Shown: piece after piece, positions 1 to 8,155 of the stretch
How positions within the stretch are numbered: position 1 is the stretch's first letter
Layout of the letters: the number at the start of each line of letters is the position of its first letter
Program-made: the position numbers and the translations under genes
Origin: an uncultured Solirubrobacterales bacterium
Lineage (GTDB): Bacteria; Actinomycetota; Thermoleophilia; Solirubrobacterales; 70-9
Assembly (NCBI GenBank): GCA_963805475.1
Contig: CAWDUO010000005.1
Span: 60,545 to 124,544 of the forward strand
Direction: 5' to 3'
Length of the DNA: 64,000 nucleotides
The notes under the pieces: generated by a model
What the model saw: the letters and a program-made list of their open reading frames with translations, nothing else
Database searches by the model: none
Told to the model about the DNA's origin: nothing

Positions 1-390
1 TACGAGAAGGCCTCGCGCCAGGACGGCGTGACCGGCGAGAACCTGCTGCGGCTGCTCGAGTCGCGGCTCGACAACGTGCTGGTACGGCTCGGCTTCGCCG
101 CCTCGCGGCGCCAGGCGCGCCAGCTGGTGCGCCACGGCCACTGGCTGGTCAACGGCCGCCGCGTCGACATCCCCTCCTACCAGGTGCGCCCCGAGGACAT
201 CATCTCGATCAAGCCCGACTCGGCGGCCACGGAAACGATTCGCAAGGCGACCGAGCTCGTCTCGACCGTGCCGGCCTGGCTGCAGGCCGACCACGACTCG
301 CTCACCGCCAAGGTCCTGCGCTATCCAGAGCGCGCGGAGATCTCGGCGCCGGTGCAGGAGCAGCTGATCGTCGAGCTGTACTCCAAGTAG
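1..390 (+). CDS. rpsD: 30S ribosomal protein S4, C-terminal part (5' end outside window)
   Basis: Frame 1 is open from base 1. S4 RNA-binding domain [29 protein letters not shown]. Directly upstream of rpoA-rplQ, as in the conserved alpha operon. Confidence 0.9.
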   Translation, partial: YEKASRQDGVTGENLLRLLESRLDNVLVRLGFAASRRQARQLVRHGHWLVNGRRVDIPSYQVRPEDIISIKPDSAATETIRKATELVSTVPAWLQADHDSLTAKVLRYPERAEISAPVQEQLIVELYSK

Positions 391-430
391 TCCGGAACCG
401 ATTTCTGAAACACCCATACGCAAGGAACTC

Positions 431-1417
431 ATGACCACTGACTTTCAGGTCCCTCGCATCACCGCAGAGAAAGCCGACGACCGCAACGGCACGTTCACGA
501 TCGAGCCGCTCGACAAGGGCTTCGGCTACACGTTCGGCAACAGCCTTCGCCGCGTCCTGCTCTCCTCGCTGGGCGGCGCCGCCGTCACCAGCGTCCGCAT
601 CGAGGGCGTCGCGCACGAGTTCTCCAGCGTGCCGGGCGTCAAAGAGGACGTCACCGACATCGTGCTCAACCTGAAGGACCTCGTCGTCCGCATGCACACC
701 GACGCCGACGAGGTCGAGGCGCCGCTGGTCGCGACCGGCCCCGGCGAGGTCAAGGCCAAGGACATCGACCTGCCCTCGGGCGTCGAGATCCTCAACCCCG
801 AGGCGCCGATCGCGACGCTGGAGAAAAAAACCAAGCTCGAGGTCTACCTGACGATCGGCCGCGGCCGCGGCTACTCGCCGGCGGAGGAGAACAAGTCCGA
901 CGAGCAGCCGATCGGCGTGATTCCGATCGACTCGATCTTCTCGCCGATCCGGCGCGCCTCCTACGCGGTCTCGACCGCGCGGGTCGGCCAGCGCACCGAC
1001 TTCGACAAGCTGGAGCTGGACCTGGAGACCGACGGCTCGATCGAGCCGGCCGCGGCGCTGCGCGAGGCCTCGGAGATCCTGATCGGGACGCTGGCGATTT
1101 TCACCGACGCCGAGCGGGTCGAGGAGCTGACCGCGCGCGAGGCGCTTCCCGTGGCGGCGGGGGGCGACGGGCTCGGCGCGGCCGCCGGCAACGGCGGCGG
1201 CGCGGCGAGCAACGGGCTCGACGAGATCCTGATCGAGGAGCTGGAGCTGGGCGTGCGCTCCTACAACTGCCTCAAGCGGGCGGGCGTGCAGACGGTCGGC
1301 GACCTGGTGCGCAAGACGCGCTCGGAGCTGAACGCGATCCCCAACTTCGGCTCGAAGTCGATCGAGGAAGTGATCGAGACCCTGCAGGCCCGCGGCCTCG
1401 ACCTGAGCCAGGACTAG
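431..1417 (+). CDS. rpoA: DNA-directed RNA polymerase subunit alpha
   Basis: 328-aa ORF. N-terminal domain FTIEPLDKGFGYTFGNSLRRVLLSS and C-terminal domain LELGVRSYNCLKRAGVQTVGDL. Confidence 0.97.
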   Translation: MTTDFQVPRITAEKADDRNGTFTIEPLDKGFGYTFGNSLRRVLLSSLGGAAVTSVRIEGVAHEFSSVPGVKEDVTDIVLNLKDLVVRMHTDADEVEAPLVATGPGEVKAKDIDLPSGVEILNPEAPIATLEKKTKLEVYLTIGRGRGYSPAEENKSDEQPIGVIPIDSIFSPIRRASYAVSTARVGQRTDFDKLELDLETDGSIEPAAALREASEILIGTLAIFTDAERVEELTAREALPVAAGGDGLGAAAGNGGGAASNGLDEILIEELELGVRSYNCLKRAGVQTVGDLVRKTRSELNAIPNFGSKSIEEVIETLQARGLDLSQD

Positions 1418-1448
1418 GGCCGGGCGGGGAGCGGAGAGGGGAGAGCCG

Positions 1449-1802
1449 ATGCGCCACCGCCGCAAGCGCAACAAGCTGAGCCGCGACGCGGCGCACCGGG
1501 CGTCGCTGCTGGCGAACCTCTCGAAGCAGCTGATCGAGCACGAGCGGATCGAAACCAGCCAGGCGAAGGCGAAGGCGGTCAAGCCGGAGGTCGAGCAGCT
1601 GATAACGCTCGCCAAGCGCGGCGACCTGCACGCGCGGCGGCAGGCGCTGTCGTCGCTGCACAACGACAAGTTCGTCGTCCACAAGCTGTTCGAGGAGGTC
1701 GCGCCGCGCTACGCCGAGCGGCCCGGCGGCTACACGCGCATCGTCAAGCTCGGCCCGCGGCGCTCGGACTCGACCGAGATGGTCTACCTCGAGTTGGTGT
1801 AG
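1449..1802 (+). CDS. rplQ: 50S ribosomal protein L17
   Basis: 117-aa ORF starting MRHRRKRNKLSRDAAHRASLLANL, the typical L17 N-terminus. Follows rpoA. Confidence 0.97.
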   Translation: MRHRRKRNKLSRDAAHRASLLANLSKQLIEHERIETSQAKAKAVKPEVEQLITLAKRGDLHARRQALSSLHNDKFVVHKLFEEVAPRYAERPGGYTRIVKLGPRRSDSTEMVYLELV

Positions 1803-1806
1803 GCGG

Positions 1807-1821
1807 AGCGGGGTCCCCGCT
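1807..1821. terminator. Short GC hairpin between convergent rplQ and truA
   Basis: Palindrome AGCGGGG-T-CCCCGCT in the 19-bp convergent gap. No U-tract, so this is a weak call. Confidence 0.3.
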
Positions 1822-2574
1822 TCAGGCGTAGGTGACGGACTCGAGGTAGAGGCCCTGGGGCGGGGCGGTGTCCCCGGCGGCGCTGCGGGGGGCGCCTTGT
1901 AAGAGCTGTTGGAAGCTGGGGAGGGTGCGGCGGGATGAGGCCGTTTCGAGCATCGTGCCGACTAGGACGCGGACCATGTTGCGCATGAAGGCGTCGGCCG
2001 TGATGCGGAAGCTGAGGAGGTCCCCATCCGCCTCCCAGCCGGCGGCGAGGATGTCGCGCTTGAAGCGGACGTGGTCGGTCTGGGTCGGGGTGAAGGCGGT
2101 GAAGTCGTGGGTGCCGATGAGGGCGGCGGCGCAAGCTTCCAGGGCTTCCAGGTCGACGCGATGCGGCCACCAGAGGGCGCGGCCTCGCTCGAAGGGGCTG
2201 GGGGCTGGGCGGGCGAGGACTCGGTAGAGGTAGCTGCGGGACTTGGCGCTGTGCCTCGCGTCGAAGCTGTCGTCGACCGGGCGAGCCGCAGTGACCGCGA
2301 TGTCGTCCGGCCCGATCCCATTCAAGCTTCTGGCCAGGTCCCGCGGCAGCTCGGCTTCGGTCGTGAAGCTCGCCACCTGTCCCAGCGCATGCACCCCCGC
2401 ATCCGTCCGCCCGGCAACCGTCAGCCGCACCTCCTCCCGCAGCACGGTTGCCAAGACAGCCTCCAGCTCCCCCTGCACGGTTCGCAAGCCAGGCTGCGCC
2501 GCCCATCCCCGGAACCCGGACCCGTCGTATTCGATGTCGAGCCGGACCTTGGTCACCGCGGAGGCAGTATGCAC
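1822..2574 (-). CDS. truA: tRNA pseudouridine(38-40) synthase TruA
   Basis: 250-aa ORF with VRLDIEYDGSGFRGWAAQPG and GRTDAGVHA, the catalytic Asp motif. Confidence 0.9.
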   Translation of the reverse strand: MHTASAVTKVRLDIEYDGSGFRGWAAQPGLRTVQGELEAVLATVLREEVRLTVAGRTDAGVHALGQVASFTTEAELPRDLARSLNGIGPDDIAVTAARPVDDSFDARHSAKSRSYLYRVLARPAPSPFERGRALWWPHRVDLEALEACAAALIGTHDFTAFTPTQTDHVRFKRDILAAGWEADGDLLSFRITADAFMRNMVRVLVGTMLETASSRRTLPSFQQLLQGAPRSAAGDTAPPQGLYLESVTYA

Positions 2575-2600
2575 CTATCCGCCACATCCCTTTTCGCCCC

Positions 2601-2708
2601 TTCCGCTGTTCCTTAACCCGAAATAACAGGGCAAAGGAACAGCGCAACACGCGATCGGGCGTTCCGCTGTTCCTTTGCCGGACTTAACAGGGCAAAGGAA
2701 CAGCGGAA
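2601..2708. repeat. Tandem pair of family-A palindromic elements (degenerate copy 2601-2644, perfect copy 2662-2708)
   Basis: 2662-2679 TTCCGCTGTTCCTTTGCC pairs perfectly with 2691-2708 GGCAAAGGAACAGCGGAA across an 11-nt loop. The upstream copy shares CGCTGTTCCTT / AAGGAACAGCG. Same element at 33957-34001 and 56957-57003. Confidence 0.8.
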
Positions 2709-2750
2709 GGGGCGGAGGGACGGCGGGGCGGGCGCCTAGAATCGAACGCG

Positions 2751-3563
2751 ATGCGCGTGCTGCTGACCAACGACGACGGGATCTCGGCGCCTGGGCTCCA
2801 GGCGGCGCGGCGGGCGCTGCGCGAGGTCGAGGGGGTCTCGGTCGAGGTGATCGCGCCGGACTCGAACCGCAGCGCGACGGCGCGCAGCATCACCACGCGC
2901 TCGCCGCTGAGCGTCGAGGAGGTCGAGTTCGGCGACGGCGACCGCGGCTTCGCCACCGACGGCACGCCGGTCGACTGCGTGCGCTTCGCCGAGCTGGGCC
3001 TGGTCGGCGAGCGGCCCGACCTGATCGTCTCCGGGATCAACCACGGCGCCAACCTCGGCGACGACATCACCTACTCGGGCACGGTCGCCGCCGCCCTGGA
3101 GGGGATCGTGCTCGGCATCCCGGCGCTGGCGATCTCCCAGCAGTCCTCGGGCGGCGGCATGGGCTACGTCAGCGGCCGCTTCGACTTCTCCGTCGCCGCG
3201 GCGTTCCTCGCCCAGCTGGTCGCCGCCCTGCGCACCGAGCCGATGCCGCCGGAGACGCTGGTCAACGTCAACTGCCCGGCCGGCGAGCCGACCGGGGTCG
3301 AGGTGACGAGGCTCGGCAAACGCGTCTACAACGACGAGCTGAAGCTGATCGGCGAGGACGAGGGGGGCCGGCGCCGCTACGAGATCTACGGCTGGGAGCC
3401 CGGCTTCGAGCAGCGCGAGGAGACCGACCTGATGGCCGTCTCGCAGGGACGGATCGCGGTCACGCCGATCCACTTCGACCTCACCGACCACGGCGAGCTC
3501 GACCGCCTGCGCGGCTGGCCGCTGGAGCGGATGCTGGACGCCGCCGTCCCCTCCTCGGCGTGA
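2751..3563 (+). CDS. surE: 5'/3'-nucleotidase SurE
   Basis: 270-aa ORF starting MRVLLTNDDGISAPGL, the SurE N-terminal metal-binding DD motif. GINHGANLGDDITYSGTV also present. Confidence 0.93.
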   Translation: MRVLLTNDDGISAPGLQAARRALREVEGVSVEVIAPDSNRSATARSITTRSPLSVEEVEFGDGDRGFATDGTPVDCVRFAELGLVGERPDLIVSGINHGANLGDDITYSGTVAAALEGIVLGIPALAISQQSSGGGMGYVSGRFDFSVAAAFLAQLVAALRTEPMPPETLVNVNCPAGEPTGVEVTRLGKRVYNDELKLIGEDEGGRRRYEIYGWEPGFEQREETDLMAVSQGRIAVTPIHFDLTDHGELDRLRGWPLERMLDAAVPSSA

Positions 3564-5599
3564 GCCCCGCCGCGAGCGACGCCGACCGCGCGCGGGCCGC
3601 CGAGCTGCGCGAGCGGCTCGCCTTCCACAACCACCGCTACTACGTCCTCGACGACCCCGAGATCGGCGACGACGCCTACGACGCGCTGCTCGACGAGCTG
3701 CGGGCGCTCGAGGCCGACCACCCAGAGCTGCGCAGCCCCGACTCGCCCACCCAGCGGGTCGGCGCGCCGCCGCTGGATCGCTTCGAGCAGGTCACCCACC
3801 ACGAGCCGATGCTCTCGCTCGCCAACGCCCGCGACGAGGAGGAGCTGCGCGCCTGGGAGACGCGGCTCGCCAACCACCTGAAGCGACTCGACATCGCCGC
3901 CTCGCGGTTCAGCTACACGACCGAGCCGAAGATCGACGGCCTGGCGGTCGCGCTCACCTACGAGGACGGCGTGCTGACCCGCGGCGCGACGCGCGGCGAC
4001 GGCCGCGTCGGCGAGGACGTGACGCGCAACCTGCGCACGATCGGCTCGGTCCCGCTGCGGATCCCCGACGCGCCCGGCCTGGTCGAAGTGCGCGGCGAGG
4101 CCTACCTGCCGATCGCCGCCTTCCGGGCGCTGAACGAGCGCCGCGCCGCGGCCGGCGAGCCGACCTTCGCCAACCCGCGCAACTCGGCCGCCGGCTCGAT
4201 CCGCCAGCTCGACCCCGCGCTGGCCGCCGAACGGCCGCTCTCGACCTGGATCTACGGGCTCGGCGCCGCCCCGGAGCTCGACCTCGCCACCCACTGCGAG
4301 GAGGTCGAGTGGCTCGGCGAGCGCGGCTTCCGGGTCAACCCCGACACCGCCCACCACGCCGGGATCGAGTCGGTGGTCGAGCGCTGCCGCTGGTGGGAGG
4401 GGCGCCGCGAGGAGCTCGACTACGAGATCGACGGCGTCGTCGTCAAGGTCGACGAGCGGGCGCTGTGGCGGGAGCTGGGCGTCGTCGGGCGCGAGCCGCG
4501 CTGGGCGATCGCCTGGAAGTTCGCGCCGACGACGGCGACCACGCGGATGACGCGGGTCGTCTGGAACGTCGGCCGCACCGGCCACCTCGTCCCCTTCGCG
4601 ATGCTCGAGCCGGTCCACGTCGGCGGCGTCACCGTCACCACCGCGACCCTGCACAACGAGGAGGACCTGGCGCGCAAGGACGTGCGCGAGGGCGACGAGG
4701 TGGTCGTGATGCGGGCCGGCGACGTGATCCCCCAGGTCGTCTCGCCGAAGCTGCCGCGCGGGAACCCGCGGGCGCGCAAGCCGAAGCCGCCGGCCGAGTG
4801 CCCGGCCTGCGGGACGCCGACCGTCAAGCCCGAGGACTCCGTGTTCACGATCTGCCCCAACCGCACCGGCTGCCCCGGCCAGTCCTTCCAGCACGTCAAG
4901 CACTTCGTCAGCCGCGGGGCGATGGACATCGACGGGCTGGGCGAGGAGCTGGCGCTGAACCTTCTCAGGGACGGGCTGATCGAGGACGTCGCCGACATTT
5001 ACGAGCTGGACGAGGACGACCTCGTCGATCGCAAGATCGGCGGCAAGAGCTTCAAAGAGAAATCGGCCCGCAACCTGGTCGCGGCGATCGACGCCTCGCG
5101 GGCGCGGCCGTTCAAACGCGTACTCTACGCGCTCGGCCTGCCGGGTGTCGGCGCGGTCACCGCGGAGGCGCTGGCCGATCACTTCGGCTCGATCGACGCC
5201 CTGCGCGAGGCCGACCCCGAGCGGATCGAGGAGGTCGAGGGCGTCGGGCCGATCATGGCCGTGCAGATCGCCGAGTCGCTCGCCGACGAGCCGACCTGGG
5301 CGCTGGTCGGGAAGCTGCGCGAGAAGGGCCTGCGGCTGGAGGCCGGCGAGGGCGAACGGCGCGCCGCGGGCGGCCCGCTGGAGGGGAAGACGCTCGTCCT
5401 CACCGGCACCCTGCCGGAGCTGACCCGCGAGCAGGCGGCGGCGCTGGTCAAGGCGGCCGGCGGCAAGGTCGTCAACTCGGTCTCGAAGAACACCGACTAC
5501 GTGGTGGCCGGCGAGAGCCCCGGCTCGAAGCTGGCGAAGGCGGAAGAGCTCGAGACCGAGATCCTGGACGAGCCGGGCCTCCGCCGCCTCCTCGAATAG
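3560..5599 (+). CDS. ligA: NAD-dependent DNA ligase LigA
   Basis: GTG at 3560 overlaps the surE stop (GTGA). KIDGLA adenylation motif, Cys4 zinc finger (CPACGTP...C..C), HhH region and C-terminal BRCT. The upstream part of the 974-aa open frame overlaps surE and is not credible. Confidence 0.93.
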   Translation: MSPAASDADRARAAELRERLAFHNHRYYVLDDPEIGDDAYDALLDELRALEADHPELRSPDSPTQRVGAPPLDRFEQVTHHEPMLSLANARDEEELRAWETRLANHLKRLDIAASRFSYTTEPKIDGLAVALTYEDGVLTRGATRGDGRVGEDVTRNLRTIGSVPLRIPDAPGLVEVRGEAYLPIAAFRALNERRAAAGEPTFANPRNSAAGSIRQLDPALAAERPLSTWIYGLGAAPELDLATHCEEVEWLGERGFRVNPDTAHHAGIESVVERCRWWEGRREELDYEIDGVVVKVDERALWRELGVVGREPRWAIAWKFAPTTATTRMTRVVWNVGRTGHLVPFAMLEPVHVGGVTVTTATLHNEEDLARKDVREGDEVVVMRAGDVIPQVVSPKLPRGNPRARKPKPPAECPACGTPTVKPEDSVFTICPNRTGCPGQSFQHVKHFVSRGAMDIDGLGEELALNLLRDGLIEDVADIYELDEDDLVDRKIGGKSFKEKSARNLVAAIDASRARPFKRVLYALGLPGVGAVTAEALADHFGSIDALREADPERIEEVEGVGPIMAVQIAESLADEPTWALVGKLREKGLRLEAGEGERRAAGGPLEGKTLVLTGTLPELTREQAAALVKAAGGKVVNSVSKNTDYVVAGESPGSKLAKAEELETEILDEPGLRRLLE

Positions 5600-5604
5600 G
5601 ACTT

Positions 5605-5652
5605 CCGTTTTCGACTTTTTCCACACCCTGGGGTGGAAAAAGTCGAAAACGG
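5605..5652. repeat. Family-B palindromic element (20-bp perfect arms)
   Basis: CCGTTTTCGACTTTTTCCAC (5605-5624), 8-nt loop, GTGGAAAAAGTCGAAAACGG (5633-5652). Fills the ligA/PBP4 convergent gap. Related copy at 40126-40161. Confidence 0.85.
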
Positions 5653-5655
5653 GGG

Positions 5656-6900
5656 TCAGTAGGAGGCTACGGCGGCGGCTATCTGGTCCTGCTCGTAGTG
5701 GGCGAGGGTCAGGTCGCCTACGCCGTTCATCAGGATCGAGAAGATCATCGTGCGGCCGCTGCGGTTCTCGCAGACGCCGGAGAGGGCGCTGACGCCGGTC
5801 AGGGTGCCGGTCTTGACGTGGCAGCGGCCGTAGGCGGCGGTGCCGTGCATGCGGTCTTCGGCGGTGCCGGACTTGCCGGCCACCGCGAGGTCGCCGACGA
5901 AGTCCGCGCCGACCGGCGAGCGGCGGACCGCGTCCAGCAGGGCGACGACCTGGAGCGGCGAGGCGCGGTTGCCGCGGGTCAGGCCGGAGCCGTCGACCTG
6001 GTGGATGCCGGAGCCGTGGGCACGGGCGAAGCGCTCGACGACCGCGGCGCCGGCGGCGGTCGTGCCGGCGCCGCCGAAGTGGGCGCCGATCAGCTTGGCC
6101 AGCATCTCGGCGAAGAAGTTGTTCGAGTAGACGTCAGTGGCGGCGACGATCCGCGACAGCGGCGGCGAGCTGACGGAGGCGAGGGGGCGCGCCCCCGGGG
6201 GCGTGACGCCGCGGGCGACGCCGGCGCGGATCGCGACGCCGCCGGCGCGCAGCGCCCGCGCCAGCTTGGCGGCGGCGAGCCGGGCCGGGTCGCCGGCGAA
6301 GCCCTGGGAGATCGAGCCGCGGTAGCCGGAGTCGAAGGAGAGGCCGGAGAGCGGGCCGACGTAGGGGCTGGTGGCGTAGCCGGAGTCGGCGACGCCGCGC
6401 ACCCGGTCGAAGACGCTGTCGTCCTCATAGAGGCGCCCGGTGACGCGGCGCACGCCGGCGGCGCGCAGCTGCGCGCTCAGGCCGAGCAGGTTCGTGCCGA
6501 GTCCGCCCTCGTAGCGGTCGTAGAAGGAGGGGACGCCGAGCATCGGGTCGCCGGCGCCGCGCAGCCAGAGGCTGCCGTGCAGGACGCCGTGGGGGTCGAG
6601 CGCGCCGTCGGTCAGCAGGCCGGTCTCGATCCGGTAGTCGGGCCCGAAGCGGGTCAGCGCGGTCGACGTCGTGAACAGCTTGGTGTTGGAGGCGAGGATG
6701 CGCGGCCGCCGCGCCGCCCGCGCGCACGCCGGCCGGCCGCTGTCGGCGTCGATCACGAACAGGCCGCTGGCCGCGCCGCCGCCGTAAACGAGGCGTCGCT
6801 TCATCTCCCGGCAGGGTTCGCTCGCCGCGCTCGCCGTCGCGGCCGCCCAGAGCAGGGCGATCGCCAGGCAGGCGAGGAGCAAGGGGGCGGCTCGTCTCAT
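5656..6900 (-). CDS. dacB: D-alanyl-D-alanine carboxypeptidase/endopeptidase, PBP4 (peptidase S13) family
   Basis: Start taken at MRRAAPLLLACLAIALLWAAATASA (signal peptide). Active-site SNTK (ASNTKLFTTSTAL). C-terminal KTGTL motif. Confidence 0.85.
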   Translation of the reverse strand: MRRAAPLLLACLAIALLWAAATASAASEPCREMKRRLVYGGGAASGLFVIDADSGRPACARAARRPRILASNTKLFTTSTALTRFGPDYRIETGLLTDGALDPHGVLHGSLWLRGAGDPMLGVPSFYDRYEGGLGTNLLGLSAQLRAAGVRRVTGRLYEDDSVFDRVRGVADSGYATSPYVGPLSGLSFDSGYRGSISQGFAGDPARLAAAKLARALRAGGVAIRAGVARGVTPPGARPLASVSSPPLSRIVAATDVYSNNFFAEMLAKLIGAHFGGAGTTAAGAAVVERFARAHGSGIHQVDGSGLTRGNRASPLQVVALLDAVRRSPVGADFVGDLAVAGKSGTAEDRMHGTAAYGRCHVKTGTLTGVSALSGVCENRSGRTMIFSILMNGVGDLTLAHYEQDQIAAAVASY

Positions 6901-6970
6901 CCCTGTCCGCAACACGGAAGCAAGACAAGGTAGCGGAGCCCGCCCGGCGCGTCTGGGATAATCCGTGTTT

Positions 6971-8155
6971 ATGGGCAAGGTCGTCGAGATCGAGTCACCG
7001 GCCCGGCGGCGCAAACGCGGCAAGGGCCGCAAACGCCCGTCGAAGACCGCCTTGGTGCTGGGCGGCGGGGGCTTCACCGGCGGCGTCTACGAGGTCGGCG
7101 CCCTGCGCGCGCTCGACCTGCTCGCGGTCAACAGCACGGTCAACAACTTCGACATCTACGTCGGCACCAGCGCCGGCTCCTTCGTCGCCGCGATGCTCGC
7201 CAACGGCGTCACGCCCGACGAGATGATGCAGGTGATCAACGAGCGCGAGCCCTCCGAGCTGGAGGACCTCGACCTCGACAAGGCGCTGCGCTTCAACTAC
7301 CTCGGCTTCCTGCAGAAAGCGGCGCTGCTGCCGCTGCGCACGCTCGAGCTGGCGCGGCGGCTGATCTCGATGGGCGACTTCTCGGCGATCGACATCGGCG
7401 TCGGCCTGGCCGAGGCGCTGCCGGCCGGCCTCTACTCGAACAAGGGGATCGCCGAGTACGTCGAGAAGGCGCTCGCCGACATGGGCCGCGTGAACGACTT
7501 CCGCCTGCTCGACAACGAGCTCTACCTGACCGCGACCGACCTCGACACCTGCGAGCGGCTGGTCTTCGGCGAGCCCGGCTGGGAGGACGTGCCGATCTCC
7601 AAGGCGGTCGCCTGCTCGACCGCGCTGCCGCTCGTCTACAAGCCGGTCGACCTGAAGGGCCGCCACCTGGTCGACGGCGGCATCCGCTCGACGACCAACG
7701 TTGACATCGCGGTGCAGAAGGGGGCGAAGTTCATCCTCGTCGTAAACCCGCTCGTTCCCTACGTCAACGACTTCGAGCAGACGATCCCGACGGTCTTCGG
7801 CACGCGCGTGCGGCGGGTCGCCGACATGGGCCTGCCGGCGATCGCCAACCAGGCCTTCCGGCTGATCGCCCACGCCCGCCTGCACCAGGCGGTCGAGCAC
7901 TGGCAGGAGAAATACAAGGGCGTCGACATCGTCCTGATCGAGCCCGAGCCGAACGACGAGCTGATGTTCGGCACGCCGATCATGGACTACTCGCGGCGCC
8001 TCAAGATCGCCCGCCACGGGTTCGAGTCGGTGACCGCGACGCTGGCCCAGGACTACGACCGCTACAAGGAGATCGCCGAGCGCCACGGCCTGGAGATCTC
8101 CCAGCGCCGCGTGCGCCGCGCGGTCGAGCGCGAAGAAGAAGCTCAGCTCGCGTAG
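6971..8155 (+). CDS. Patatin-like phospholipase family protein
   Basis: GGGGFTGG oxyanion motif, GTSAG (GxSxG) nucleophile and DGG catalytic Asp. ATG 6971, with an alternative GTG at 6965. Confidence 0.85.
   Translation: MGKVVEIESPARRRKRGKGRKRPSKTALVLGGGGFTGGVYEVGALRALDLLAVNSTVNNFDIYVGTSAGSFVAAMLANGVTPDEMMQVINEREPSELEDLDLDKALRFNYLGFLQKAALLPLRTLELARRLISMGDFSAIDIGVGLAEALPAGLYSNKGIAEYVEKALADMGRVNDFRLLDNELYLTATDLDTCERLVFGEPGWEDVPISKAVACSTALPLVYKPVDLKGRHLVDGGIRSTTNVDIAVQKGAKFILVVNPLVPYVNDFEQTIPTVFGTRVRRVADMGLPAIANQAFRLIAHARLHQAVEHWQEKYKGVDIVLIEPEPNDELMFGTPIMDYSRRLKIARHGFESVTATLAQDYDRYKEIAERHGLEISQRRVRRAVEREEEAQLA

Noticed and set aside
2601-2708. The repeated palindromes as a possible CRISPR array.
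   Set aside because: There are only two adjacent units, no regular repeat-spacer periodicity and no cas genes. The other copies are dispersed singly.
2675-3559. A 295-codon N-terminal extension of the ligA open frame.
   Set aside because: It overlaps the well-supported surE gene in another frame and has junk-like composition. Ligase homology begins only after the GTG at 3560.
6971-8155. Patatin-like phospholipase as a possible CBASS or other defence effector.
   Set aside because: No cyclase, sensor or other defence gene is adjacent. The neighbours are an acyl-CoA ligase and a PBP, and the composition is native. It is more likely ordinary lipid metabolism.
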